From IMG/VR virus record IMGVR_UViG_3300010403_000008, positions 1 to 54,941 of that record: a stretch of DNA of 54,941 bases; one strand, given 5' to 3'. The position numbers and the translations under genes are program-made. Every line of letters begins with the position of its first letter. Within the stretch, counting starts at the first letter, position 1. The notes below the pieces were generated by a model. That model had not been told where the DNA came from and searched no databases. It was given only the letters and a program-made list of their open reading frames with translations. This DNA is from a virus (lineage: Duplodnaviria > Caudoviricetes). Shown piece after piece: positions 26,149-35,722 of this stretch.

Positions 26149-26311
26149 AACCATCACGTTTACTGAACAGGAACTTCAGGTATGGGAAACGCTCTGTGAT
26201 CATGCCCTGAAGTCAGGGGGAACGAAGCTGGCCCATTCTGTGGTGTACTTCGTGCAGAAGTTCAATGAAATCCCATTTGTAGAAACACCCGATCCGCCCA
26301 AACCAAAATAA
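26135..26311 (+). CDS. 58-aa protein missed by the ORF track
   Basis: MPKTKTITFTEQELQVWETLCDHALKSGGTKLAHSVVYFVQKFNEIPFVETPDPPKPK* fills the gap between its neighbours. Confidence 0.6.
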   Translation: MPKTKTITFTEQELQVWETLCDHALKSGGTKLAHSVVYFVQKFNEIPFVETPDPPKPK

Positions 26312-26314
26312 ATT

Positions 26315-26902
26315 ATGAGCACACAAATTCTACCCATTGGTGAAATCATACTGACGAACGAACGTGGATTAATTGGGGCTGGGTACGATTACCAGCTTCG
26401 CAGTGGACCAGGGAATGCATTTGATACAGGATCGTTTGGACTTCCCATTTCAGACATTCGCAGACTGCGCTTCGATCACTGTTTCATCATCACCCCGGAA
26501 TCAATCCCATGGGTACCAGACGTGGAGGATTTGAAGGGATTCTTTCATTTCGTTCTGTCCAGTGAAGAGGGGGAGATCGTTACTGATGTTAAGAAGGACT
26601 TCTCGATTGATCCCAAATCGGACTTCTCCCACATCGTTCATTACATTGAGGGGCACAACCCGTGGTACAACATCCCAGCCGAACACGATAAAACCCCTGA
26701 TGGGAAGTACACCTTGACCTGTTTCGTGAATCCATTGCTGGTTGTGTGCCAGCCAGTCAGTTTCTTCCTTGAAATCATGGGGGAGAACATTTGGATGTAT
26801 GCTGCCCCAGTGCGGTCTGCTGCATTCCTCGTCCCGTTCCGTGAGGGCGTTGTGACGCGAGAGATGCTAAATCCTGCTGCCCCACCTCCAAAACCCGCTT
26901 GA
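26315..26902 (+). CDS. Hypothetical protein with faint lysyl-oxidase-like motifs
   Basis: RRLRF, F.L..EEGEIV..VK..F and PDGKYTLTCFVNP. Confidence 0.4.
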   Translation: MSTQILPIGEIILTNERGLIGAGYDYQLRSGPGNAFDTGSFGLPISDIRRLRFDHCFIITPESIPWVPDVEDLKGFFHFVLSSEEGEIVTDVKKDFSIDPKSDFSHIVHYIEGHNPWYNIPAEHDKTPDGKYTLTCFVNPLLVVCQPVSFFLEIMGENIWMYAAPVRSAAFLVPFREGVVTREMLNPAAPPPKPA

Positions 26903-26956
26903 CGGGCACGCAAGAGCGAATTTAGGGTGTCTGCGTACAGAGTCCCAAGAGTCCAT

Positions 26957-26991
26957 GGGCTGTCAGTTCGGTGGAACTGGCAGCCCTTTTT
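26957..26991 (+). terminator. Rho-independent terminator between convergent operons
   Basis: gggctgtcagttc-ggtg-gaactggcagccc-ttttt. Confidence 0.8.
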
Positions 26992-26993
26992 GT

Positions 26994-29945
26994 TTACGCT
27001 GAGTAGTTCAGTGCCCCCGCATGATGCAGATCAAGCGCCTTCTTCCTGAGCGTGTCCTTCCAGTCGTCATTCTGGGGCTTCTGTGGGGCAGCAACGGAGC
27101 GTAGCTGGAAGCCCTTTTGTCTGGCCCCTTCGATCAGTGTGGCGAGCCAGTCCATCAAGTCTGGGGACCTTCCCATTCGTTCCTTGGTTTTTATCTTAGG
27201 CTCAATTTCGATCCTGTTTCCAGCAACCATTGTCCACTCCCTGGTCATCCCATCCTCCAAAACGTCTTCAGTCAGGCCCCTAAATTGGCCAGCCTCCATA
27301 GCGTACCGGGTCATAAACCACAGTTCGGTCACAAATTTACTGAAATGTTCGTCACATCTCTTTGGTCGCATCTTGCGTTCAGACTCATCATAAATCTGAA
27401 GCTCTGTAGAGACGGGCCTTGATGTGGGCTTTCCCCCAAACTCCAGAGGATTTACGAATGGACTCCAGATACGGGAGAATGCGGTCCCAAGGGACCCCCT
27501 CCCGGTGGCGTCGTAGAATACGTGATTGGCTGGAATCCCCGCTTCAATGCACGCCTCCCTGACAAACATTACGATCTGATCTTCCGGCTCTGTATCTGTG
27601 CCAGCTTTAACTGGAATAATAACATGCGGCATCATGTGGATAATCAGGTCGCCATTGGCATCCAATCCAAACGAACCCCATCCTCCAACACAGCGATCTC
27701 CTCCAACTTCTCCGTATGCTGCATCCACTGCGTAGATTTTAGTCTGCCTATCATCTTTCCAAGCGACTTCCTCAAACGCCTTGAACTTGATTGCGATATT
27801 TCGTGTGAATATCCTGCGTCCGTTAAGCCCTGCCTTCCTGACACCCTTACATTGACTCCAGAACTGGAGACTGTCCCGACCATAGAAAGCAGCAACGGAT
27901 TCAATGCTTTTGGAATTTATCATCCAAGGGTACTTCGTTGGCTGATCTTTGGGATAATCCTCATTTGGAGAATCTGTGCCAACAAGATTAACCGTTCTGC
28001 CGTTCTCAAAACGATTATCCCAAACTGTTGTCTTGGTGATTTCCCCTTCGGTTCCCCAACCATTTTTAGGTTCAGAGATGCGGTCCAACGGATCACCGAT
28101 ACCAAGTGGATTCCCAACGAATACCCCTTTGAAGTCGTGTCCTTCGCCAGTGCCGGAGTTAAGGTTGGCTAATGCATCCAAGTAGCCAGCCTTCATTAAC
28201 TGCGATTCGTCTCCTAGTAGTCTCCTTCTTTTTTGTTTAATCCCCACGTACTTCCCTAATCCCTGCCATGAACCGCCAGAGGACATGCACGGGATGCAGT
28301 TGTGAACTACGACTCCATTTACGCTGTACGATGGGTGATTGTCAACCGAGAGATTGTAGACGCGATGTCCTGAATCACTAAATCCAACTCTTCCCTCACT
28401 CTTGTTTTCGAGAACCTCAACACTTGCCACCCAAGCGTGTTTAGTTCTTCCGTTCTCTTCGCGTCCGCCTTTCGCTTGAATGCTATCCGATGAATCCCAC
28501 CGTCGATTTCGACTGCCAGTTTCAGCCACGGGAACGCTATGTCTATTTCGTAAAAATGCCGAACGTTTTTTCTGGTTCTCCTGCCCGTCATTACTCTGAA
28601 ATGAAGTTCTGCTCCGATGAATGCTGAGGCGATTGCCTGTTCCTCTTTGGTGATTTTCAGATGATCTTCCCCGCTCTTGCGATCCCTGTTTTTCCATCTG
28701 CAAGATTCTCCGCAAAATCTCGTCCGAAACCTCGTCTTGGAAAGAATTATCGAGATGAATGGTTCCGCACATTCCTCGCATTTCCTTTGTTCTGGAAGCA
28801 TCTGGCAGAATTTCGTGCAGAACAGTTGGTTCGGGTGAGCCTGAAATGCTTTTCCGCAATGAGCACAGTTCTGCGTCGTTCGCTTTGGTCCAAGCCCATT
28901 TGCTGCTGCCCAACGACTCGCGCATGTTGTGCTGCAAAATCTGCCCCAATGTGGTGGGCGACTTGGTTTTGGTTTTACTGGTCTGTAAATTGCCTGACAG
29001 AATTCGCATGGTCTTTCTGGAAGCCTGTCTCGACAAAGAGCAGAGCAATGTTTCCTGTTTGGGTATCCTGGTCCGAGTGGTTGGTTGCAAGAGGCGCAGA
29101 GTTTCATGTATTGAGAACACCCTATCGTAAGTCTTTAACTTACTCGCGTCAACCCATCCTCTGCGTGTAAAGAACGGATGCTCAGGTGTGCAATCTATGG
29201 TTCTCCCATCCGATAACGTTACCCTTACTAACTCTCTGGCAATACTGCATTGTATTTCTGTTACTTTACCGATACCGAAAGCATTTAACACTTCTTCTCC
29301 AGGACTGATCGTTTCGATTGATTTTTTTCCTGACGGAGTATCGACTTGAGTTCCCGCCACAAAACAAATAATCCCCTTTCTTAAATCCCTAGTCTCCCCC
29401 TCAATAAGATTGTCGGTACAAATCGCGTGCTTACTATCGAGCAGATGCCCCGGAAGGGATGGGTAGCGATCTTTCGCCTGCTTGAACATATTCTTCATGT
29501 CACCCCAAACACGAAGCTCCAACCCACGAACGTCTGTGGACGAAACAAGAATGAGTGTGTTGTGGGGGAATGCGAAGTAGTCAGTCAATGCGTAACGCGT
29601 TAATGCACAATGAGTTTTTCCGCTATCTCGCGGGCCTAGCACAGCTAGGATTGTGCTTTTAAGCGTCTCCTCTAAAATCAAATCGCTCCATCTATGATGG
29701 GCGTCTTTAGGCCATAAAAGTTGCATCAGACGCTTGTAGTGGAAAAAATCCCCCATCCCCAATGTTTGACCTTGTTTCCCCTTCCAGCTTCCGCCCTTAC
29801 GTATGCAGTATAGCTCGATTTCAATTGCATCCATAACTGGCGGAAACGAAAGCCCGTACAGGTTTTTCTTCGCTTTCGGATTCCGCTTTGGGCCGCTGAA
29901 ACGTGGCACTGTGGGGTCGTTCGGATTCGCTGGATTTTCGCTCAT
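26994..29945 (-). CDS. terL: Terminase large subunit containing an intein
   Basis: Walker A GPRDSGKT, Walker B LLGDESQ, coupling motif VGNP, and nuclease motifs YAVDAAYG, YDATGRG and GRSPDLMD. Confidence 0.85.
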   Translation of the reverse strand: MSENPANPNDPTVPRFSGPKRNPKAKKNLYGLSFPPVMDAIEIELYCIRKGGSWKGKQGQTLGMGDFFHYKRLMQLLWPKDAHHRWSDLILEETLKSTILAVLGPRDSGKTHCALTRYALTDYFAFPHNTLILVSSTDVRGLELRVWGDMKNMFKQAKDRYPSLPGHLLDSKHAICTDNLIEGETRDLRKGIICFVAGTQVDTPSGKKSIETISPGEEVLNAFGIGKVTEIQCSIARELVRVTLSDGRTIDCTPEHPFFTRRGWVDASKLKTYDRVFSIHETLRLLQPTTRTRIPKQETLLCSLSRQASRKTMRILSGNLQTSKTKTKSPTTLGQILQHNMRESLGSSKWAWTKANDAELCSLRKSISGSPEPTVLHEILPDASRTKEMRGMCGTIHLDNSFQDEVSDEILRRILQMEKQGSQERGRSSENHQRGTGNRLSIHRSRTSFQSNDGQENQKKRSAFLRNRHSVPVAETGSRNRRWDSSDSIQAKGGREENGRTKHAWVASVEVLENKSEGRVGFSDSGHRVYNLSVDNHPSYSVNGVVVHNCIPCMSSGGSWQGLGKYVGIKQKRRRLLGDESQLMKAGYLDALANLNSGTGEGHDFKGVFVGNPLGIGDPLDRISEPKNGWGTEGEITKTTVWDNRFENGRTVNLVGTDSPNEDYPKDQPTKYPWMINSKSIESVAAFYGRDSLQFWSQCKGVRKAGLNGRRIFTRNIAIKFKAFEEVAWKDDRQTKIYAVDAAYGEVGGDRCVGGWGSFGLDANGDLIIHMMPHVIIPVKAGTDTEPEDQIVMFVREACIEAGIPANHVFYDATGRGSLGTAFSRIWSPFVNPLEFGGKPTSRPVSTELQIYDESERKMRPKRCDEHFSKFVTELWFMTRYAMEAGQFRGLTEDVLEDGMTREWTMVAGNRIEIEPKIKTKERMGRSPDLMDWLATLIEGARQKGFQLRSVAAPQKPQNDDWKDTLRKKALDLHHAGALNYSA
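28299..29366 (-). mobile_element. Intein (356 aa) in the TerL ATPase domain
   Basis: Begins CFVAGTQV, block B CTPEHPFFT, and ends VYNLSVDNHPSYSVNGVVVHN followed by a +1 Cys. Confidence 0.92.
28319..29107 (-). CDS. Endonuclease nested in an alternate frame of the intein: CxxC repeats plus DUF559/Vsr-like domain
   Basis: Four CxxC...(F/H)C...C repeats, then YEIDIAFPWLKLAVEIDGGIH...DAKRTEELNTLGWQVLRF. Confidence 0.85.
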   Translation of the reverse strand: MKLCASCNQPLGPGYPNRKHCSALCRDRLPERPCEFCQAIYRPVKPKPSRPPHWGRFCSTTCASRWAAANGLGPKRTTQNCAHCGKAFQAHPNQLFCTKFCQMLPEQRKCEECAEPFISIILSKTRFRTRFCGESCRWKNRDRKSGEDHLKITKEEQAIASAFIGAELHFRVMTGRRTRKNVRHFYEIDIAFPWLKLAVEIDGGIHRIAFKRKADAKRTEELNTLGWQVLRFSKTRVREELDLVIQDIASTISRLTITHRTA

Positions 29946-29989
29946 GCCGGGGGTAGTCTGTGTTCCGTTAACGGTAAACTTTACTGATT

Positions 29990-31759
29990 ATGGCCCAAGC
30001 CACCAACGGAACCCGTGTCACAGACGGGTCTACCACGTTTGAGGGTGGAATTGACAGTGGGCGCATCCCAACGATTGCTTCTCAGTCTAATCCACAAGGG
30101 CTTGCTCGCAACGAATTATCATGGGCAACCAACGCAACCATGCGTGGTGGGGGTATTTCCCCACGGGCAGGCTGGAAGCGATTAACCAAGATCAAGAGTG
30201 CCCCTGGACTGTTTCAGGGAGGACAGATTTACGAGCCTGATTTCGCGTTCCCATACCTGATGGTGGACATTTCAGGGCGAACCTACCAGATCAGGGTGGA
30301 TACAGACAACAGCGTTCACGATGTGACTGGCCCAGCCATGCCTGCCAATGAGGTTCAGCACTGGATCAGGCAGGGGGAACAGTTCTTAATCACTCAGGAT
30401 GGCGTATCTGAACCACGAGTTTGGGATGGGGTTCAACGACGCTTGATCAGCGCCATGGGTGGTGTCCCACCCTACCTGCCCATCGGTCAACCCATGGATT
30501 ACTTCATGGGCAGAATGTGGGTTGCGTTTGGCCGGGAGTACATGGCGGGAGATATTGTGTTCGGTCCTTCAGGAACTGCCCCGTATCAGAAAAGGGATGC
30601 GATCCTTCACAGCACCGAGAACACGTACTTGTCTGGGGGAGGGAACTTCATTGTCCCTACGGTTGCTGGAAACATTCGTTCACTGGACCATACGGCCAAC
30701 ATGGACACACAGCTTGGTGAAGGGCAGCTATACATCTCAACCAGACGAGCCATTTACACATTGAACGTTCCCCCAACCAGGGCAGCTTGGTCAATGCTTT
30801 CAGAACCATTACAGCGCATTGTCCAGAGACAGTTCGGTGTGACATCGGATCGTTCAGTTGCTCCTGTCAATGGAGACTTGTTTTACCAGTCAATCGACGG
30901 AGTAAGGTCCCTCTTGATTGCAATTCGTGACTACCAGCAATGGGGACAGTCAGCAATCAGCCGCGAACTGAACAGGGTCCTTCAATTCAATGATCGTTCA
31001 CTTTCAAGATTCGGAACAGGAATCAACTTCAACAACCGGATGCTTCAGTCTGTTCTCCCAAAGCAGACTGCTGCTGGCGTAATTCATCAGGGAATCGTTG
31101 CCCTTGACTTCGACCTGATCAGCAATCTTGGGAGCAAGCTGTCCCCCGTGTGGGAGGGGATGTCTGAGGGGTTGCAGATTCTTCAGATGTGGAGTGCGGA
31201 CTTTGGTGGTCTGGAACGAGCATTTGCAGCCATCGTTTCCCAGAACCCACTGACTCTTGGGGACATTGAACTTTGGGAACTGACTCAACAGGACAACTTC
31301 GATGAAGATGACAGGCGTATTCAGTGGTACATCGAAACCCCTGCCTATACCTGGGGCACTCAGTTCAGTCTGAAGAAGCTTGATTCTGCTGAAATCTGGA
31401 TTGATCGGTTGATTGGGAAGGTGGAATTCAAGGTTCAGTTCAGGGTGGATCAAGACCCATGTTGGTACGACTGGTTTGAATGGGAGGAATGCAATGCGCG
31501 TACTTCATGCGAACTGGCTAGTGATCCAGTCTGCTACCCTGAAGACACATTCTGTCCTGGGTATCGCGCAACAATGACACTACCGAACCCTCCCGTTCAT
31601 GCAGGACACGGAAACAATCGACCCATCAATATTGGATACCAGTTCCAAATGCGTATCTTTATCAAAGGCTACTGTCGAATCAGGGGCATACTGGTTCACG
31701 CACAGCCACGGGATAAGGCCCCGTTTGAGGGAATCGTTACAGAAAGCTTTGTCCCATGA
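29990..31759 (+). CDS. Tail nozzle / DNA stabilization protein (P22 gp10 or T7 gp12-like)
   Basis: 589 aa and beta-rich; N-terminal F.GG.DS...N...RGG.ISPR.G pattern; positional context. Confidence 0.65.
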   Translation: MAQATNGTRVTDGSTTFEGGIDSGRIPTIASQSNPQGLARNELSWATNATMRGGGISPRAGWKRLTKIKSAPGLFQGGQIYEPDFAFPYLMVDISGRTYQIRVDTDNSVHDVTGPAMPANEVQHWIRQGEQFLITQDGVSEPRVWDGVQRRLISAMGGVPPYLPIGQPMDYFMGRMWVAFGREYMAGDIVFGPSGTAPYQKRDAILHSTENTYLSGGGNFIVPTVAGNIRSLDHTANMDTQLGEGQLYISTRRAIYTLNVPPTRAAWSMLSEPLQRIVQRQFGVTSDRSVAPVNGDLFYQSIDGVRSLLIAIRDYQQWGQSAISRELNRVLQFNDRSLSRFGTGINFNNRMLQSVLPKQTAAGVIHQGIVALDFDLISNLGSKLSPVWEGMSEGLQILQMWSADFGGLERAFAAIVSQNPLTLGDIELWELTQQDNFDEDDRRIQWYIETPAYTWGTQFSLKKLDSAEIWIDRLIGKVEFKVQFRVDQDPCWYDWFEWEECNARTSCELASDPVCYPEDTFCPGYRATMTLPNPPVHAGHGNNRPINIGYQFQMRIFIKGYCRIRGILVHAQPRDKAPFEGIVTESFVP

Positions 31760-33498
31760 CAATTAGGCCCTGCAACGAATTTATAGACTGCGAGTGTTCG
31801 GATAATCCGTTCATCAACACGAGCGCGGAAGCACCTGACCCAAACCTGTTCTTTGCCAGAAAGTATTATGCAAATAATCCCTCACTGAATGAGAATGATT
31901 CGTGGTACGAACGATCATCTTGTTTGGGAACATGCTTCTCTGAAGTCTCTCAACAAGATGCTGAAGACTGCGCTTTGCGTAATGCCCAACTCTGCACTTG
32001 GGACCCAGTTCGGCCAGAACTGACACTTCTGTCTGATGATCCCCCATCAACCCCTCGTTCAAACATCTTTGGGAATGCAGCCGTATCGTGCAGTTCTCCC
32101 TGCCCCACAGGACCAGACTTCACATTCACGGTTCCTGCCAATACGTTTTACGCACTGACTCAGCAGGAGGCTGATGCAATCGCTCAGTCGATCTGTGATT
32201 ACAGGGCGCTGGTATTCAGGATGTGTTCTGGAGTGCCCCCTGAGCCTCCCATCTGTGACGTTACGATCACGAGCGTAATGCCGCCCACATTCACACAGGA
32301 TGCAGAGGTTGGAGACAGTGTGGCGATGGGGGTGACATTCAATTACACCGGGACTGAATCAGCAGTCTTCCTGTGGTACAAGGATGGGGTCCCATACGTC
32401 ACGACCCAAAATCCAAGCCTTACTTTGGATGATGTGCAGACATTCGATGCCGGGGTTTATCAGTTGCACATTCTGATTCCTCATTGTCCACCCGTACTGT
32501 CTCCGAATCTTACGCTAAACGTACTGTCCTGTTCCCAGACTGGTTCCCCAATCCCTGATCCATTATTTGATATAGACCAAACCCCGCAGGATTTGGGAAG
32601 CTTTGTCACCCCTCCCAATACGAGTGTTCCAGTTGGAAGCTTCCCACCCGGAAGTTTTGAGATTACGTACGAGGAAGGGGCATACGGACACACCCTTGGG
32701 ACAAACCCGTGCCCACTGGACCCATTCGCATACCATCAGGGATTCAATAGTTTTGTTGCTGTTGGGTTTCAGATTACTCAGCTATTGGGCTGGTTTGGAC
32801 AAACCTGCGCAGCAACAACTGGAGCAATTACTACGCAGATTATGGGTGGTGGTGGTCCACTAAATGAAACAGTGGACCATGAAGGCGGAAGTGCTTCGTT
32901 TGTCAGTTCTGGTCAGGATGGGGTTCCGGGTGCCCCCAATCCTACGTGGCACGTTGTTTACACCCCTTCACCCCCTCCAGACACAGCCCAATTTCAGATT
33001 GAAGATGTGGCTGAAATACTTCCCAAGCTGGCCCATCCAGACTGGACAGATAGTCCACTGATTCCAGTTTGGGATGGTAAATTTGCAGGAACCGGAGCCG
33101 ATCTTATTGCTCCAGACCAAATTGTTAGGTATGGAATCAGTGCCTCTAGTGCTTGTTCTGATGCGAAAAGACTTGGCAATAAAAAGACTGCCGAGACATT
33201 GGTTGAAGGTCCACGGACAGGACAAGAAATAGCAGATACAATAGATGGGACGGGGGACCCTGATACGGCAGGACTTGGGGCAGCCCTTTTGGCAAGTGGG
33301 ATGCTGGTTGCAACAGACAAGTACTGGTGGTTCCAGGCTTGGGACTGCTGTCATGGTGCAGGAGGGGTCGAATGCGTTCCTCATTTTTACGGATGGCTGG
33401 GTGTGAAAGAGTACGGTGCAGACATTGACGGCAATTACAGAAAGATTTACGGGCCACACCCGGAGTCTCCTGACTGTATAACAATAACAGAACTTTGA
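31756..33498 (+). CDS. Cys-rich virion protein with an Ig-like domain
   Basis: FTVPANTFYALTQQEADAIA repeat and an Ig I-set signature WYKDG....LTLDDVQTFDAGVYQL. Confidence 0.6.
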   Translation: MTIRPCNEFIDCECSDNPFINTSAEAPDPNLFFARKYYANNPSLNENDSWYERSSCLGTCFSEVSQQDAEDCALRNAQLCTWDPVRPELTLLSDDPPSTPRSNIFGNAAVSCSSPCPTGPDFTFTVPANTFYALTQQEADAIAQSICDYRALVFRMCSGVPPEPPICDVTITSVMPPTFTQDAEVGDSVAMGVTFNYTGTESAVFLWYKDGVPYVTTQNPSLTLDDVQTFDAGVYQLHILIPHCPPVLSPNLTLNVLSCSQTGSPIPDPLFDIDQTPQDLGSFVTPPNTSVPVGSFPPGSFEITYEEGAYGHTLGTNPCPLDPFAYHQGFNSFVAVGFQITQLLGWFGQTCAATTGAITTQIMGGGGPLNETVDHEGGSASFVSSGQDGVPGAPNPTWHVVYTPSPPPDTAQFQIEDVAEILPKLAHPDWTDSPLIPVWDGKFAGTGADLIAPDQIVRYGISASSACSDAKRLGNKKTAETLVEGPRTGQEIADTIDGTGDPDTAGLGAALLASGMLVATDKYWWFQAWDCCHGAGGVECVPHFYGWLGVKEYGADIDGNYRKIYGPHPESPDCITITEL

Positions 33499-33872
33499 TT
33501 ATGCCAGACTTCGTTAAAATGCCAGATGGTTCACTGATCATGGTCGGGACACCTAAGGCCCAACCTTCAGCATGGGAACGATTCAAGGCGACAGTGCGTG
33601 CCATCCCTGATCGTTTCAGTCCCAAGCCTGCCCCATGGTGGATCGAACAGCCACGACCCGTGCCTGTTCAGGCACGAGAACCAATGATACAGGTTCCCGT
33701 GATGCAGCAGACTGCCCAACAACTACTGGCCCCGTCTCCCGGTGCTGCCCCTGTGAATGATTTCGAGGAAGCTGAGAAGGAAGCGAATAAGCGTGCAGCC
33801 ATCGTGAAGCAGCTTGGGGATGTTCCTCGAAACATGCTGGCCAATGAATTCTTTGTAGGAAGAGAACGATGA
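33495..33872 (+). CDS. Hypothetical protein
   Basis: Coupled to both neighbours. Confidence 0.5.
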   Translation: MIMPDFVKMPDGSLIMVGTPKAQPSAWERFKATVRAIPDRFSPKPAPWWIEQPRPVPVQAREPMIQVPVMQQTAQQLLAPSPGAAPVNDFEEAEKEANKRAAIVKQLGDVPRNMLANEFFVGRER

Positions 33873-34918
33873 GAACCAACTTCGCAGCAGTCCGTGCATC
33901 CCGTATTCCTCAGGCTCTTGGAAAGGACTCCAAAGACGGACCATCGCTGGCATCGTACGTGAATGAAGCGCAGATTCGTTTGCTACAGGCTGCTGGTGAG
34001 GCTGGTTGGTGGGGGACATGGGCACGAATGGCATTCACAGTCAGTCAAGATGATCCTTTCATTACGGTCCCACGGGAAGTGGCCAGACTGATTGACGTGG
34101 ATGTCTGTCGCACTCCTGTCCCCATTCAGAACCAGTTTTACGAATTCCTTCAGTTCGGGGTGGGAGAACAGCGTGTTTTGCCAGAAGCCAACAGAAGCAG
34201 CGCGTGTCCAGTTGGGGTGTACGATCGGGGTGAATTCCCCACGTTCAAAGACATCACTTCTGGCAGCATGGTACGGGTCTACATGACGAATCCCGCAGAC
34301 AATACGAAACGAATCTTCTTCAGTGGAACCAACTCCGCAGGGCTTCCAATCTACACGATTAATGGAGGGAATCAGGTCAATGGGTTCTTCCTCAATCTGG
34401 ATTCCACCCAACCATTCGTTGAGTACATGGTTCCCATTGGTCAACTGACAGCTATTGCCAAGGACATTACGTACGGACCCGTGCAGGTGTTTGAAGTCAG
34501 TCTTGATACAGGAGAACAGACCCTGATTGCCGTACTTGCTCCTGGGGAAACGACTGCTTCGTACCGTCGTTACTTCCTTCAGAACCTTCCCAAGCGATGC
34601 TGTGAATGCAATCTGGACATGGCCACCACACCCATTCAGGTTTCTGCCTTGGCCAAACTGGAGATGATTCCAGTCGCTGTGGATACGGACTACCTGTTGA
34701 TCGGGAACATTCCCGCACTCAAAGAGGAATGCCTGTCAGTCAGGTATTCAGAGATGGATACGGATGAAGCGATGCGAATGTCGGAGTTCAAGCACAAGAA
34801 AGCGATCAGGCTCTTGAATCAGGAATTGATTCATTATTTAGGCAAACAACAGCCAGCCATTGGATTCAAGCCATTCGGGTGCGACACTCTTGAACGGGTT
34901 GCCCTGCAAATGATTTAA
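33869..34918 (+). CDS. Head-tail adaptor / tail tubular protein A-like
   Basis: YVNEAQIRLL N-terminal helix and a helical C-terminus; lies before the ejection proteins. Confidence 0.6.
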   Translation: MRTNFAAVRASRIPQALGKDSKDGPSLASYVNEAQIRLLQAAGEAGWWGTWARMAFTVSQDDPFITVPREVARLIDVDVCRTPVPIQNQFYEFLQFGVGEQRVLPEANRSSACPVGVYDRGEFPTFKDITSGSMVRVYMTNPADNTKRIFFSGTNSAGLPIYTINGGNQVNGFFLNLDSTQPFVEYMVPIGQLTAIAKDITYGPVQVFEVSLDTGEQTLIAVLAPGETTASYRRYFLQNLPKRCCECNLDMATTPIQVSALAKLEMIPVAVDTDYLLIGNIPALKEECLSVRYSEMDTDEAMRMSEFKHKKAIRLLNQELIHYLGKQQPAIGFKPFGCDTLERVALQMI

Positions 34919-34921
34919 CTT

Positions 34922-35722
34922 ATGGCCACTACCCCTCTCGATTACATCCCCAAGATTAACACTGGCGTGAACGCTGGTGGATTGCCACCCGCACTCCTTA
35001 AACAAACTGCTGCCAGCCTGTCTGGCGCACTGCGGGGTGAACTGCCAGAGGATGTGCAGAATCTCCTGATGCAGCAGGCAGCCGAGTATGGGGTTGCTTC
35101 TGGAATGCCGGGCAGTCAGTTCCAGTCGTACCGTGGGTTGCGCAACTTGGGCCTGACCAGTCTGGATAGAATCAGGGGAGCAGAGGGAATCCTTGGGAAT
35201 CAGTTTATCAATCCAGCACAGGCACAGGAGATCAATTTGCGCGCAGGTACAACCAGAGCAGGACTTGCCCAAGCTGGCCTTGAACTGGCACAGCAGAAGG
35301 AACTGGAACAGGAGAAGCTGGCACAACAGGGGACCCTGACTCGTGAACAGCTTGCGAATCAGGCTTCCATTGCTTCAGCAGGGGAGGCTGGCCAGAATTA
35401 CCGGGCATCCCTTGGACTTGCTGCCAGTGCAGCAAATGCTGCTGCCAATAGGGGAGGCAGTCACGGTGGGGCTGGTATAAATATCAGTGGAGGAACCGGA
35501 AGCGGTGTCGCCTACACTCCCGGTGGAACCGGGCCAGTTGGTGGTATTTCGTACGGTTCTCCATCTGCTGGATTTGATTGGGCTGGATATTACAATGCCA
35601 CAGGATTAAGCCCGGGAGCAGGTACTACCTATGGTTCCAATGGTGTTCCAACTTATGACAATTCGTACGATGATAGTGGGTTCACGAACTACGATGATGT
35701 GATTGACTATTATGGCTACTGA
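34922..35722 (+). CDS. Putative ejection (internal virion) protein
   Basis: A/G/Q-rich, precedes the large final virion gene. Confidence 0.55.
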   Translation: MATTPLDYIPKINTGVNAGGLPPALLKQTAASLSGALRGELPEDVQNLLMQQAAEYGVASGMPGSQFQSYRGLRNLGLTSLDRIRGAEGILGNQFINPAQAQEINLRAGTTRAGLAQAGLELAQQKELEQEKLAQQGTLTREQLANQASIASAGEAGQNYRASLGLAASAANAAANRGGSHGGAGINISGGTGSGVAYTPGGTGPVGGISYGSPSAGFDWAGYYNATGLSPGAGTTYGSNGVPTYDNSYDDSGFTNYDDVIDYYGY

